From: an uncultured Janthinobacterium sp.
GTDB lineage: Bacteria; Vulcanimicrobiota; Vulcanimicrobiia; Vulcanimicrobiales; Vulcanimicrobiaceae
Reading direction: 5' to 3'
Assembly (NCBI GenBank): GCA_964658025.1
Contig: CAZZXB010000033.1
Location: 1 to 24,362 of the forward strand
DNA: 24,362 nt
Shown here: in pieces, positions 8,958 to 16,931 of the stretch
How positions within the stretch are numbered: position 1 is the first letter of the stretch
Layout of the letters: each line of letters starts with the position of its first letter
Made by a program: the position numbers and the translations under genes
The notes under the pieces: model-generated
What the model saw: only the letters and a program-made list of their open reading frames with translations
What the model was told of the DNA's origin: nothing
Databases searched by the model: none

Positions 8958-9121
8958 GAAGGTGCTCCTTTCTCGATGCGGAGTGACGTGACGTGGTTTT
9001 CGTCATACGAAGTATGGGGGATTCGTCGGGTGCGAAGAGTACTGGGGGGCGCAGATTACTGAAAATTATTACGGTTATCGATATGAGATACCCGCGCGTG
9101 TCGTGTTTCGTTGTGGCGTTC

Positions 9122-9220
9122 CCGGAGCGCGACGAGCGCTCCGGACCGCCGAGCACGTCTACGTTATGTGGTCGATTTGGTACGACACTCGATCGATCTG
9201 GTCGCGGTCGATCGTCGTAC
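9122..9220 (-). terminator. Tandem hairpins downstream of hsp20
   Basis: Perfect 9-bp inverted repeat CCGGAGCGC-GACGA-GCGCTCCGG (9122-9144) and bulged stem GTACGAC..GATCGAT / GTCGATC..GTCGTAC (9180-9220). No U-tract. Confidence 0.4.
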
Positions 9221-9247
9221 GGGCAATGGCGATGATCGGCCGGCTTC

Positions 9248-9676
9248 TTAGTTCGCGCTGATCTGGATGCGCTTCGGCTCGGCTTCCGGCCGCCGATTCA
9301 GCGTTAGCGTCAGGAGGCCGTTCTCGACGCGCGCCTGCACGCGATCCGCATCGATCTCGTCGGGCAGCACGAGCGATCGCGCGAACGTCCGCCGCTCGCT
9401 CTTGCCGGAGACGGAAAGCACGCCGTCCTTGTACGTGATGTCGATCTGTTCCGGTTTGTAGCCCGGCACCGGGATCTCCACGACGTATCCGTTCTCGGTG
9501 CGGCTGATGTCGAGACCACCCTGCGCCGCCGTCGCGTCGAGCGAGAGCGGCGAATAAAAGTTCCGGAAGAGATCGAGCGGGTCCAAGCCGACCGTCTCGC
9601 CGAACGGCCCGCGGCGGGCAACCGTCGGCGCTACGCTGGCACCGTTATTCCGAATGGGGTTCGTCAAGCTCGTCAT
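9248..9676 (-). CDS. Small heat shock protein, Hsp20/alpha-crystallin family
   Basis: DISRTENGYVVEIPVPGYKPEQIDI, FARSLVLP, ARVENGLLTLTL and C-terminal IxI motif (KRIQIS). GGAAAGGAG RBS. Confidence 0.93.
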   Translation of the reverse strand: MTSLTNPIRNNGASVAPTVARRGPFGETVGLDPLDLFRNFYSPLSLDATAAQGGLDISRTENGYVVEIPVPGYKPEQIDITYKDGVLSVSGKSERRTFARSLVLPDEIDADRVQARVENGLLTLTLNRRPEAEPKRIQISAN

Positions 9677-9801
9677 TTTTTCCGATGCTCCTTTCCGTAA
9701 GCGGCGATAGCTACGTCGGTGCCGGGACGATTCGAGATCCGTCGCTCGCTAATCACGACGGAGCTCCTCAGGGTTCGTCGTCGGGGCTACCGGCAACGAT
9801 A

Positions 9802-9829
9802 ATTTTAATCGCGTTGGCGCTCTTGTCAA
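9802..9829 (-). promoter_or_regulatory. Sigma70-type promoter of hsp20
   Basis: Minus strand TTGACA (9829-9824), 16-nt spacer, TAAAAT (9807-9802). Confidence 0.75.
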
Positions 9830-9840
9830 GAGAGTGCCAG
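9814..9840. promoter_or_regulatory. CIRCE element (HrcA operator)
   Basis: TTGGCGCTC-N9-GAGTGCCAG versus consensus TTAGCACTC-N9-GAGTGCTAA (2 mismatches per arm). The -35 hexamer lies inside the 9-nt spacer, upstream of a heat-shock gene. Confidence 0.82.
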
Positions 9841-9933
9841 ATACGATTTTCAGTCGCCGTTCGGCCGACGAGGCCGCGCCTTCGGACGCGGTCGGCCTAC
9901 TTCGGGGCCGCCTTCCGTTGAGCTGCCGTCGGC

Positions 9934-10410
9934 TTACTCCGGAGCCGCCTTCGACGGATACGTGAAGGCTTTGTGACAATCGACACAGAGCGTCTCGAGG
10001 TTGTCGAGATGATGGAGGCACGAGAGTTTGCGATGCGCGCCGCGGGCAGGCGCGATGTGGTTGACCTCGAGCCGTTCGCGTTTACGCGCCGCGCGCCACG
10101 CGCGCGTCGCGGCGCGGAAAGCGGCCTCGCGCGGAAACCGCGCGCGCGTCGGGCGTTTGGGGAGTGCGCGACCGCAACGGACGCAGGCGTATTTGTCGCG
10201 TCGCTTCGCCGCGGCGCGCGCGAGCGACCACCAATGGTTCGTCCAGAACTTCGTAGCGCATCGGTCGCCGCACCACACGCGGCGACGCCCCGCGAGCGGC
10301 GTCGCGCACCACGCGCACGCGCCGGGCGCGGCGGCGGCGGCGAGCGCGCAATCGCGTAAGAGTTCGGCCCGCTGCGTCGGCGATGCGGCGGGCGCCGGAG
10401 CGGCGACCAT
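9934..10410 (-). CDS. HNH endonuclease-like protein with extra N-terminal zinc finger
   Basis: CAWC...WCGDRC zinc finger, then RDKYACVRCG...LEVNHIAP...NLETLCVDCH, a McrA-like HNH pattern. Start at ATG 10410 inferred. Confidence 0.78.
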   Translation of the reverse strand: MVAAPAPAASPTQRAELLRDCALAAAAAPGACAWCATPLAGRRRVWCGDRCATKFWTNHWWSLARAAAKRRDKYACVRCGRALPKRPTRARFPREAAFRAATRAWRAARKRERLEVNHIAPARGAHRKLSCLHHLDNLETLCVDCHKAFTYPSKAAPE

Positions 10411-10530
10411 CGACGCGTATGCTTCGCAAGCCGGCGCGCGGAACGCTCCTCGGTCGCGGCGTCCCGGCGCTTCCATCAGCCCCGTCGAGACGGGCGGGCA
10501 CGGCGTGCCGACGACGCGAATCCGTCGTCG

Positions 10531-12021
10531 ATGCAGCAGCTCTCGAAGCCTCCGCTCGCGACGGATCTCGAACCGACTCCGGCGGTCACGACCTACGACA
10601 CGACGCCGCCGCAGGAACTGCTCGATTTCATGGTCACCGGGTGGGCCGATCCCACGAGCGATGCGTCGCCGCTCGACGGCGCGGACCGATTCGCCGCCCG
10701 TCGAGAACGGCTCTCGGCGGCGTTTCCGGGCGACGCGCTCGTCGTGCCGACGGGTCACGAAAAAACGCGCGCCAACGATACGGCGTATCGCTTTCGCGCC
10801 GGGACCGATTTCTATTATCTAACCGGCAATCAGGAAGCCGACTGCGCGCTCGTGATGACGCCGCGCGAGGGCGGCGGACACGACGCGACGTTGTTCGTCG
10901 AACCGAATCTCGGGAAATCCGATCCGTCGTTCTTCACGAATCGCGGCAAGGGCGAGCTCTGGGTCGGGCCGCGGCTCGGCGTCGAGGCGAGCGCGATCCG
11001 TTACGGCATCGCCGCGCGCGGTCTGCCCGACCTGCCGGCCGTCACGGAGCGGCTCGCGACCGATTTCGTCGATCGCGTGCGCGTGCTCCGCGGGATCGAT
11101 CCCGAACTCGACGCGACGCTCGCGGCGCGCCCCGAGGCCGACGCGGCGCTCGCGACGACCCTCTCCGAACTGCGACTGATCAAGGACGACGTCGAGATCG
11201 CCGAACTCGAAGGCGCGGTCGCCGCGACGAAGCTCGCGTTCGACGACGTGCTCCGCGCGTTGCCGCATGCGACGACCGAACGGACCGTCGAAGGCGTCTT
11301 CGAACTGCGCGCGCGCGTCGAGGGCAACGACGTCGGTTACGGGACGATCGCGGCGGCCGGCGCGCACGCGTGCACGTTACATTGGACGAAGAACGACGGA
11401 CGGATCGTCGCGGGGGATCTGCTCTTACTCGATGCGGGCGTCGAAGGCAAGTCGCTCTACACCGCCGACGTCACGCGGACGATCCCGATCGGCGGAAGCT
11501 TCAGCGCCGTACAACGGGAGGTCTACGAACTCGTCCTCGCCTCGCAGGACGCCGCATACGCCCGCTGTCGTCCGGGCGAGGATTTCATGGCGCCGCACGA
11601 CGCGGCGATGCGCGTGCTCGCCGAAGGTCTCGAGCGGCTCGGCATCCTCGCGTCGGCCGCCGAGGCGTTACAGCAGACGAAGCTCTTCTATCGCCGTTAC
11701 TCGCTCCACAACGTGAGCCACATGCTCGGGCTCGACGTGCACGACTGCGCGCGCGCGCGTCAGGAAACCTATAAGTACGGCAAACTCGAGCCGGGGATGG
11801 TGCTCACGGTCGAACCCGGGCTTTATTTTCAGCCCGACGATCTCACCGTCCCCGCGCGCTATCGCGGCATCGGCGTGCGGATCGAAGACGACATCGTCAT
11901 CACGCGCGACGGCTTCCGTTCGCTCACGGCCGGCTTCCCGCGCACCGCGGACGACGTCGAGGCGTGGGTGCGCGCGTGCGCGGCGGCGGGACCGCGCCTG
12001 CCCGAGAGCGAGCGGCGGTAA
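10531..12021 (+). CDS. pepP: Xaa-Pro aminopeptidase (aminopeptidase P, M24B)
   Basis: N-domain FRAGTDFYYLTG, then LRLIKDDVEI and metal ligands LLDAG, YTADVTRT, SHMLGLDVHD, TVEPG, RIEDD. Confidence 0.93.
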   Translation: MQQLSKPPLATDLEPTPAVTTYDTTPPQELLDFMVTGWADPTSDASPLDGADRFAARRERLSAAFPGDALVVPTGHEKTRANDTAYRFRAGTDFYYLTGNQEADCALVMTPREGGGHDATLFVEPNLGKSDPSFFTNRGKGELWVGPRLGVEASAIRYGIAARGLPDLPAVTERLATDFVDRVRVLRGIDPELDATLAARPEADAALATTLSELRLIKDDVEIAELEGAVAATKLAFDDVLRALPHATTERTVEGVFELRARVEGNDVGYGTIAAAGAHACTLHWTKNDGRIVAGDLLLLDAGVEGKSLYTADVTRTIPIGGSFSAVQREVYELVLASQDAAYARCRPGEDFMAPHDAAMRVLAEGLERLGILASAAEALQQTKLFYRRYSLHNVSHMLGLDVHDCARARQETYKYGKLEPGMVLTVEPGLYFQPDDLTVPARYRGIGVRIEDDIVITRDGFRSLTAGFPRTADDVEAWVRACAAAGPRLPESERR

Positions 12022-12122
12022 TGGTCAATCTCGAACTCATCCTCACGCCGATCGCGGGTGCGCTCGCGCTCGGCATCGCGGTCGCGGTCGATCGGAAATT
12101 GCGCTCCGCGTCGCGCCGCTGA
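12021..12122 (+). CDS. Putative 33-aa single-pass membrane peptide
   Basis: ATG overlaps the pepP stop (TAATG). MVNLELILTPIAGALALGIAVAVDRKLRSASRR is a hydrophobic helix followed by a basic tail. Absent from the supplied ORF track. Confidence 0.55.
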   Translation: MVNLELILTPIAGALALGIAVAVDRKLRSASRR

Positions 12123-12199
12123 TCGCGGACGGTCGACGCGAAATGTTCGCGATGTTCCGCTCGGAGCCGCGCGCGTCGGCCGCGCGCCGCGCCGGGGTT

Positions 12200-13555
12200 T
12201 TAGCGTGCGAAGCGACGTACGAACCAGGTCGCGCCGAACGCCGCGACCGCGGCGATGCCGAGGACCGTCCCCGCGATGTTGACGGCGCGCGGCGCGTGGA
12301 ACCGACGGAAGCGGAGGCGGTCGCGGCCGCCGCGCAAGCCGTGCGCGCGCAGGCGCGGATGACGGTCGCGATCGAGCCCGAGCGTCACGTCCGTCCCGGG
12401 TCGGAACAGGCGATCGACCCGGTTCGGGTCGCGCAATTCCACGCCGAGGTCCCAGATCGGGAGCACGATCCGCGCGGTCGAATCGCCGTTGCCGTCGTCG
12501 CCCTCGACGACCGCGATGCCGAGCGCGTCGTTACGCGCGGTCACGCGCCCGCGGTAGACGGAATCGGGTTCGAGCGCGACCGATTTTCCGCCCACGACGA
12601 TCGTCGTCTCGGCACCGCCGGGCGCGGGATCGCTCGGAAATCGTTGCCGTTTGCGGATCTGTTCGGGCGGCTTCGTACGGCGTTGCGGCAGGCCGGCACG
12701 GCGCGCGTCTTCGGGCGCGAACGTCCGCCGACCGAAGCGATCGAGCGTCGTCGTCTCGCCGTTCGGTAGGCGCGCGATCCCGCGCGGCCGCCCGCCGACC
12801 ATGACGAAACGGATGTCGCCCGTATCGTCGTGCGAGGCGATGTCGTAGGCGTCGTCGTGGAGGTGCGTCGGCTCGCCGAAGTAGTTGCCGAAGTTCGAGC
12901 GCGGAACCGGATCGCGCGCGCCCGGATATCCCGTGATCTCCCAACGCATCGACGTCTTGAATTTGGGAATGTCGCGTGGGTCGAGCCCGCACGCGCGCAA
13001 CACGCCGACCGCGTACGAGTTCGAGTCGCGTCCGACGCGGAAGAACGGAATCTCGATCGCGCGGTAGCGCTGATTGCCGTCGTACGCGCGATGCGCGGCG
13101 CGCACGAGGTCGGCGAAATACTCGACCGAGAGGCCGTGCGGCGGTTCCACGACGACGGGTTCGAAATCGATCACGCCGCGTTCGGCGAAATCTTGCTCGG
13201 GGTAATCGAACGGAACGAGCGCGCCCGTGCCGTCGGGATTCGTCGGGCCGCCTTCGATCACGAGGAGCTCCTTCGCATCGGCGCTCGCGACGGCGAGATA
13301 GAGATGGCCGCCGAAATCGTGTTCGGAGCGATACTTCCACGACGGGATCCGGAGCGACCCGATACGGATCGCGGGCGTCGCGATGTCGAATGCGGCCCAC
13401 ACCGCGGGACGTCCGACGAGTGCGACGGTATGCGGCGGTAAGCTCCAGAGATTCGCGATCGTCGCGTCGCCGCCGTCGAGGATCGGTCGGCCCTGGTTCT
13501 TTCCGGATTCGACCGTCGAAGCGGCGAAGCGCGGGATCTCGACTTTCCATGCCAT
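12200..13555 (-). CDS. Hypothetical protein: putative permuted papain-like domain + S1/OB-like domain + C-terminal TM anchor
   Basis: 451-aa ORF with normal globular composition. Motifs GHLYLAV, EGGP, Y...GRDSNSYAVGVL, an S1-like segment at aa ~328-403, and hydrophobic NIAGTVLGIAAVAAFGATWFV followed by RRFAR. Start uncertain. Confidence 0.8.
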   Translation of the reverse strand: MAWKVEIPRFAASTVESGKNQGRPILDGGDATIANLWSLPPHTVALVGRPAVWAAFDIATPAIRIGSLRIPSWKYRSEHDFGGHLYLAVASADAKELLVIEGGPTNPDGTGALVPFDYPEQDFAERGVIDFEPVVVEPPHGLSVEYFADLVRAAHRAYDGNQRYRAIEIPFFRVGRDSNSYAVGVLRACGLDPRDIPKFKTSMRWEITGYPGARDPVPRSNFGNYFGEPTHLHDDAYDIASHDDTGDIRFVMVGGRPRGIARLPNGETTTLDRFGRRTFAPEDARRAGLPQRRTKPPEQIRKRQRFPSDPAPGGAETTIVVGGKSVALEPDSVYRGRVTARNDALGIAVVEGDDGNGDSTARIVLPIWDLGVELRDPNRVDRLFRPGTDVTLGLDRDRHPRLRAHGLRGGRDRLRFRRFHAPRAVNIAGTVLGIAAVAAFGATWFVRRFAR

Positions 13556-13594
13556 CGCGGCGAGCGTTCGCCGCGCGGCGCGCCATTCCGGGCC

Positions 13595-14467
13595 TCAGAT
13601 ATCGGGCGCGAGGCTCGGGAACGTCACGTCGGTATAGGTACCGACGAGTGCGGCGCGCTCGGTCGCGAGCTTCGGGCGTGAATCGTACGAGAAGTCCGCG
13701 AGGATCCAAGCTCCGTTCACGGTCGCATAATCGATGGCGAGCGTTTCGCCCGGCGCGGAGAGCACGACGCGTGTCGGCACGTAGGTCGTCGGATCGAACC
13801 ACACGTCGCGATACGTGAAGTGTCCGGCGCCGCTCGCGAATTCGCGCGTCGCGCGCGTCGCGGGCGCGATGACGAGATGATTCGCGCCGTCGCCGAACGC
13901 GATGTGGTAGCCGAAAACGGTCGAGACGACGATCGTCGCGGTCGACGCGTTCGCGCGCACGTCGTACCGCATCGGGCGCTCGTAGACGACGCGCAAGACG
14001 GGTAGGCCGTCGCGCGTCTCCGGCGCGAACGCCCACGCCGCGAGCGCGTCCAAGACCGGAGGGAGTCCCGGAACGGCGTCCGCGCGTCGACGATTCTCGG
14101 GCGCGCTCGCGCACGGATCGCGCTCGGCGATCGCATCGCCCCTCCGCGCGGCCTTCGAGACGCTCGTCGCGGGAACGGTCGACTTCGTCGCGGTCGAAGT
14201 CGCGTCCGGCACCGTCGTGCGCGTCGCGTCCGTCGCACGCGACGTGGCCGTCGGTTGGGGTTTGGGGGTCGTCTCGGCGGCGTTCGCGTCGGTTCCGCTC
14301 GCGACGACGGTCGCGGCGCCGTCGCGCGTTCTGACGACGATCCGCATCGCCGCGTCGCACGCGCCCGCGAGCGTCAGACGATAGGCGACGTACGGCGGGG
14401 ACGCGGCGAACGCCGCGGCGGCCGCGTTCGCCGCGCGTTCGAAGGTCGCGTCGGGAGAATCGCCTAT
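13595..14467 (-). CDS. Hypothetical beta-rich protein with Thr/Ala-rich linker (start uncertain: ATA 14467 or ATG 14347)
   Basis: Protein-like frame from the argD stop onward: PPYVAYRL, Thr-rich linker, YRDVWFDPTTYVPTRVVL, IDYATVNGAWIL, YTDVTFP. The first canonical start is at 14347. Confidence 0.65.
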   Translation of the reverse strand: MGDSPDATFERAANAAAAAFAASPPYVAYRLTLAGACDAAMRIVVRTRDGAATVVASGTDANAAETTPKPQPTATSRATDATRTTVPDATSTATKSTVPATSVSKAARRGDAIAERDPCASAPENRRRADAVPGLPPVLDALAAWAFAPETRDGLPVLRVVYERPMRYDVRANASTATIVVSTVFGYHIAFGDGANHLVIAPATRATREFASGAGHFTYRDVWFDPTTYVPTRVVLSAPGETLAIDYATVNGAWILADFSYDSRPKLATERAALVGTYTDVTFPSLAPDI

Positions 14468-15714
14468 CCGACGACCCGCGCGATCGCACGCGAGAAGCGC
14501 GCGAGCGCGTCGTGGACGAGGCTCTCGTCGATCACGAGCGGGGGCACGAAGCGCAACGTGTTCTCGCCCGCGGCGTTGAGCAATAATCGCTCGTGCGTGC
14601 GCGCGGCATCGACGAAGGTTTTCGCGAGATGCGGCGCGCGGACCGGCAGACCGAGCATGAGCCCGATGCCGCGCGGTGCGGAGAAGAGATCGGGATGCGT
14701 TTCCGCGATCTTCGCGAGCCCGGTGAGGAGGCGTTCGCCGACGATCGCGACGTGCGCGTCGAGTTCGCTCGCGTCGCGGACGCGCAGGTGCGCGAGCGCC
14801 GCCGCGCACGGGACGGGCGAACCGCCGAACGTCGTGCCGTGATCGCCCGGTTGCAGACCGCTCGCCGCCTTCGCGTCGATGAGCACCGCGCCGATCGGCA
14901 GACCGTTCGCGAGCGATTTCGCGATCGTCACGAGATCCGGGCGCACGCCGAAGGTCTCGAACGCGAAGAGCGTGCCGAGCCGGCCCATGCCGCATTGGAT
15001 CTCGTCGAAGATCAGGAGCGCGCCGCGCTCGGCGCACAGACGCCGCGCCGCTTCGAGATACGCGCGACTCGCGGGCTTCACGCCGCTCTCGCCCTGCACG
15101 GGTTCGACGAGGAACGCGGCCGTCGTCTCGTCGATCGCCCCGTCGAGCGCGTCGATGTCGTCGAACGGCACGTGCGTGAAGCCGCCCGGTAACGGCCCGA
15201 ACCCTTCGTGATAGGCGGGATTCGCCGTCGCGGCGAGCGCGCCGAAGGTTCGGCCGTGAAACGATCCGTGACACGAGACGATCGTCGTGCGCTCGGGCTG
15301 ACCGCGGCGGAACGCGAGCTTGCGCGCGAGTTTGATCGCGGCTTCGTTCGCCTCCGCGCCCGAGTTGCAGAAGAAGACGCGCTCGAATCCCGAGCGTCGC
15401 GCGAGTTCGTTCGCGAGCGTCCCGGCGGGTTCGTGATGGAAGAGATTACTCGCCTGCACGAGCGTCGCGGCCTGACTCGCGATCGCTTCCGTGATCGCGG
15501 GATGGGCGTGACCGAGCGCGCAGACGGCGATCCCCGCGACCATGTCGAGATAGCGATTGCCGTCGGTGTCGACGAGCTCGCAGCCTTCGCCGCGCGCGAG
15601 CGTGATCGGCGCGCGTGCGTAGTTCGCGAGCAGATGCGGATGCTCGATCCGCTCCTCGGCTTTCGAACCGGGAGCGGGCGCGACGATCGCGGCGACCGGG
15701 CGGAACGCGTTCAC
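14464..15714 (-). CDS. argD: Acetylornithine aminotransferase
   Basis: YLDMVAGIAV, CNSGAEANEAAIK, SFHGRT, EPVQGESG, DEIQCGMGR, PLP-Lys in TIAKSLANG, HGTTFGG. GTGA overlap with the argJ stop. Confidence 0.93.
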   Translation of the reverse strand: MNAFRPVAAIVAPAPGSKAEERIEHPHLLANYARAPITLARGEGCELVDTDGNRYLDMVAGIAVCALGHAHPAITEAIASQAATLVQASNLFHHEPAGTLANELARRSGFERVFFCNSGAEANEAAIKLARKLAFRRGQPERTTIVSCHGSFHGRTFGALAATANPAYHEGFGPLPGGFTHVPFDDIDALDGAIDETTAAFLVEPVQGESGVKPASRAYLEAARRLCAERGALLIFDEIQCGMGRLGTLFAFETFGVRPDLVTIAKSLANGLPIGAVLIDAKAASGLQPGDHGTTFGGSPVPCAAALAHLRVRDASELDAHVAIVGERLLTGLAKIAETHPDLFSAPRGIGLMLGLPVRAPHLAKTFVDAARTHERLLLNAAGENTLRFVPPLVIDESLVHDALARFSRAIARVVG

Positions 15715-16931
15715 GTGCGGTAGTGCGCGTTGATGCGCACGTAGTCGCGCGAGAGGTCGCAGCCCCACGCCGTCGCGGTCGCGTCGGCGATGCCGAGATC
15801 GAGCCGGATCTTGATCGCCGTGTTCTCGAGTTCGCGATGCGCTTCGGCTTCGGAGAGGATCTCGAGCGCGCCGCGATCGACCCAGAGTTTTTCGCCGAGG
15901 TAGATCGACCACGTCTCGGGATCGAGTCCCGCGCCGACCGAACCCGCCGCCGCGACGATCCGACCCCAGTTGGGATCCTCGCCGTAGAGCGCCGTCTTCA
16001 CGAGATTCGAGTTGACGATCGCGCGCGCGATCGTGCGCGCCTGGTCGCGATCGCGCGCTCCCGTCACGTCGATCGTCAGCGCCTTCGTCGCGCCCTCGCC
16101 GTCGCGGACCATCGCGTAAGCGAGATCGTGCGTCACCGCGCGCAGCGCCTCGCGAAAGCCCGACGGCGGTTCGCCGCCCGGCGGCGCGAACGCGTAGCAC
16201 GAATCGTTCGTCGACATGTCGCCGTCGACGGAGATCATGTTGAAGCTGTCGTCGCACGCGGCGCGGAGTTCGTCGCGCAGGTGCTCGCGCGACATCGGTG
16301 CGTTCGTGCCGACGAACGCGAGCATCGTCGCCATGTTGGGCGCGATCATCCCCGAGCCTTTCGCGATCCCGCCGACGACGTACCGCGTCTCGCCGTCGTA
16401 GAACGCGTACGCCGCGAGCTTGGGCTCGTTATCGGTCGTCATGATCGCCTCGGCCGCGTCGTAGGCCGCTTCCATGCCGGCCTCGAGATCCTTCACCGCG
16501 CGCTCGAGACCGCGGACCATCCGATCCATCGGCAGGTGCACGCCGATGACGCCCGTCGACGCGACGACGATCTGCGTCGGTTCGATGCCGAGTAACGCCG
16601 CCGCCTGACGCGCCGTCTGCCGCGCGTCGCGTTCGCCGCGCTCGCCCGTGCACGCGTTCGCGCACCCCGCGTTGCAGACGATCGCGCGCATGTGCGCGCC
16701 GCTCTCGGCGATGTGCGCCTCGCTCACGAGTAACGGCGCGGCCTTGATCTCGTTCGTCGTGATGACGGACGCGCAGCCGTGCGGTTCGTCGAAGAGCACG
16801 ATCGCGAGATCGGGCTTGCGTTTTTTGATCCCCGCGTGGACGCCCGCGAGCTTGACGCCCGGAACGGCGCCGAGGCCGCCGCGGAGTTCGATGAGACGCT
16901 TCGCGGTTTTAGAGTCGGGCGGCGCGATCAT
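15711..16931 (-). CDS. argJ: Ornithine acetyltransferase (possibly bifunctional with N-acetylglutamate synthase)
   Basis: NAGCANACTG, ASTGVIG, AIMTTD, autocleavage motif KGSGMIAPNMATML, DGDMSTND, DGEGATK, DPNWGRI, WGCDLS. Confidence 0.95.
   Translation of the reverse strand: MIAPPDSKTAKRLIELRGGLGAVPGVKLAGVHAGIKKRKPDLAIVLFDEPHGCASVITTNEIKAAPLLVSEAHIAESGAHMRAIVCNAGCANACTGERGERDARQTARQAAALLGIEPTQIVVASTGVIGVHLPMDRMVRGLERAVKDLEAGMEAAYDAAEAIMTTDNEPKLAAYAFYDGETRYVVGGIAKGSGMIAPNMATMLAFVGTNAPMSREHLRDELRAACDDSFNMISVDGDMSTNDSCYAFAPPGGEPPSGFREALRAVTHDLAYAMVRDGEGATKALTIDVTGARDRDQARTIARAIVNSNLVKTALYGEDPNWGRIVAAAGSVGAGLDPETWSIYLGEKLWVDRGALEILSEAEAHRELENTAIKIRLDLGIADATATAWGCDLSRDYVRINAHYRT

Noticed and set aside
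9228..9250. GGCGATG resembling the 5' end of a fluoride riboswitch (also near 17960)
   Set aside because: The rest of the consensus pairing is absent and no fluoride-related gene lies downstream.
9720..9795. Hammerhead-like core in the hsp20 leader (minus strand GACGAC-GAACC-CUGAGGA-G...C-GAAU-CGUC)
   Set aside because: Stem I would be only 1 bp, GAAA is GAAU, and the core GAG pairs better with CUC as part of a plain hairpin. An in vitro self-cleavage assay would settle it.
14483..14510. LLAC lipobox-like motif in the frame of the gene downstream of argD
   Set aside because: It lies inside argD, with no hydrophobic h-region and no nearby in-frame start codon.
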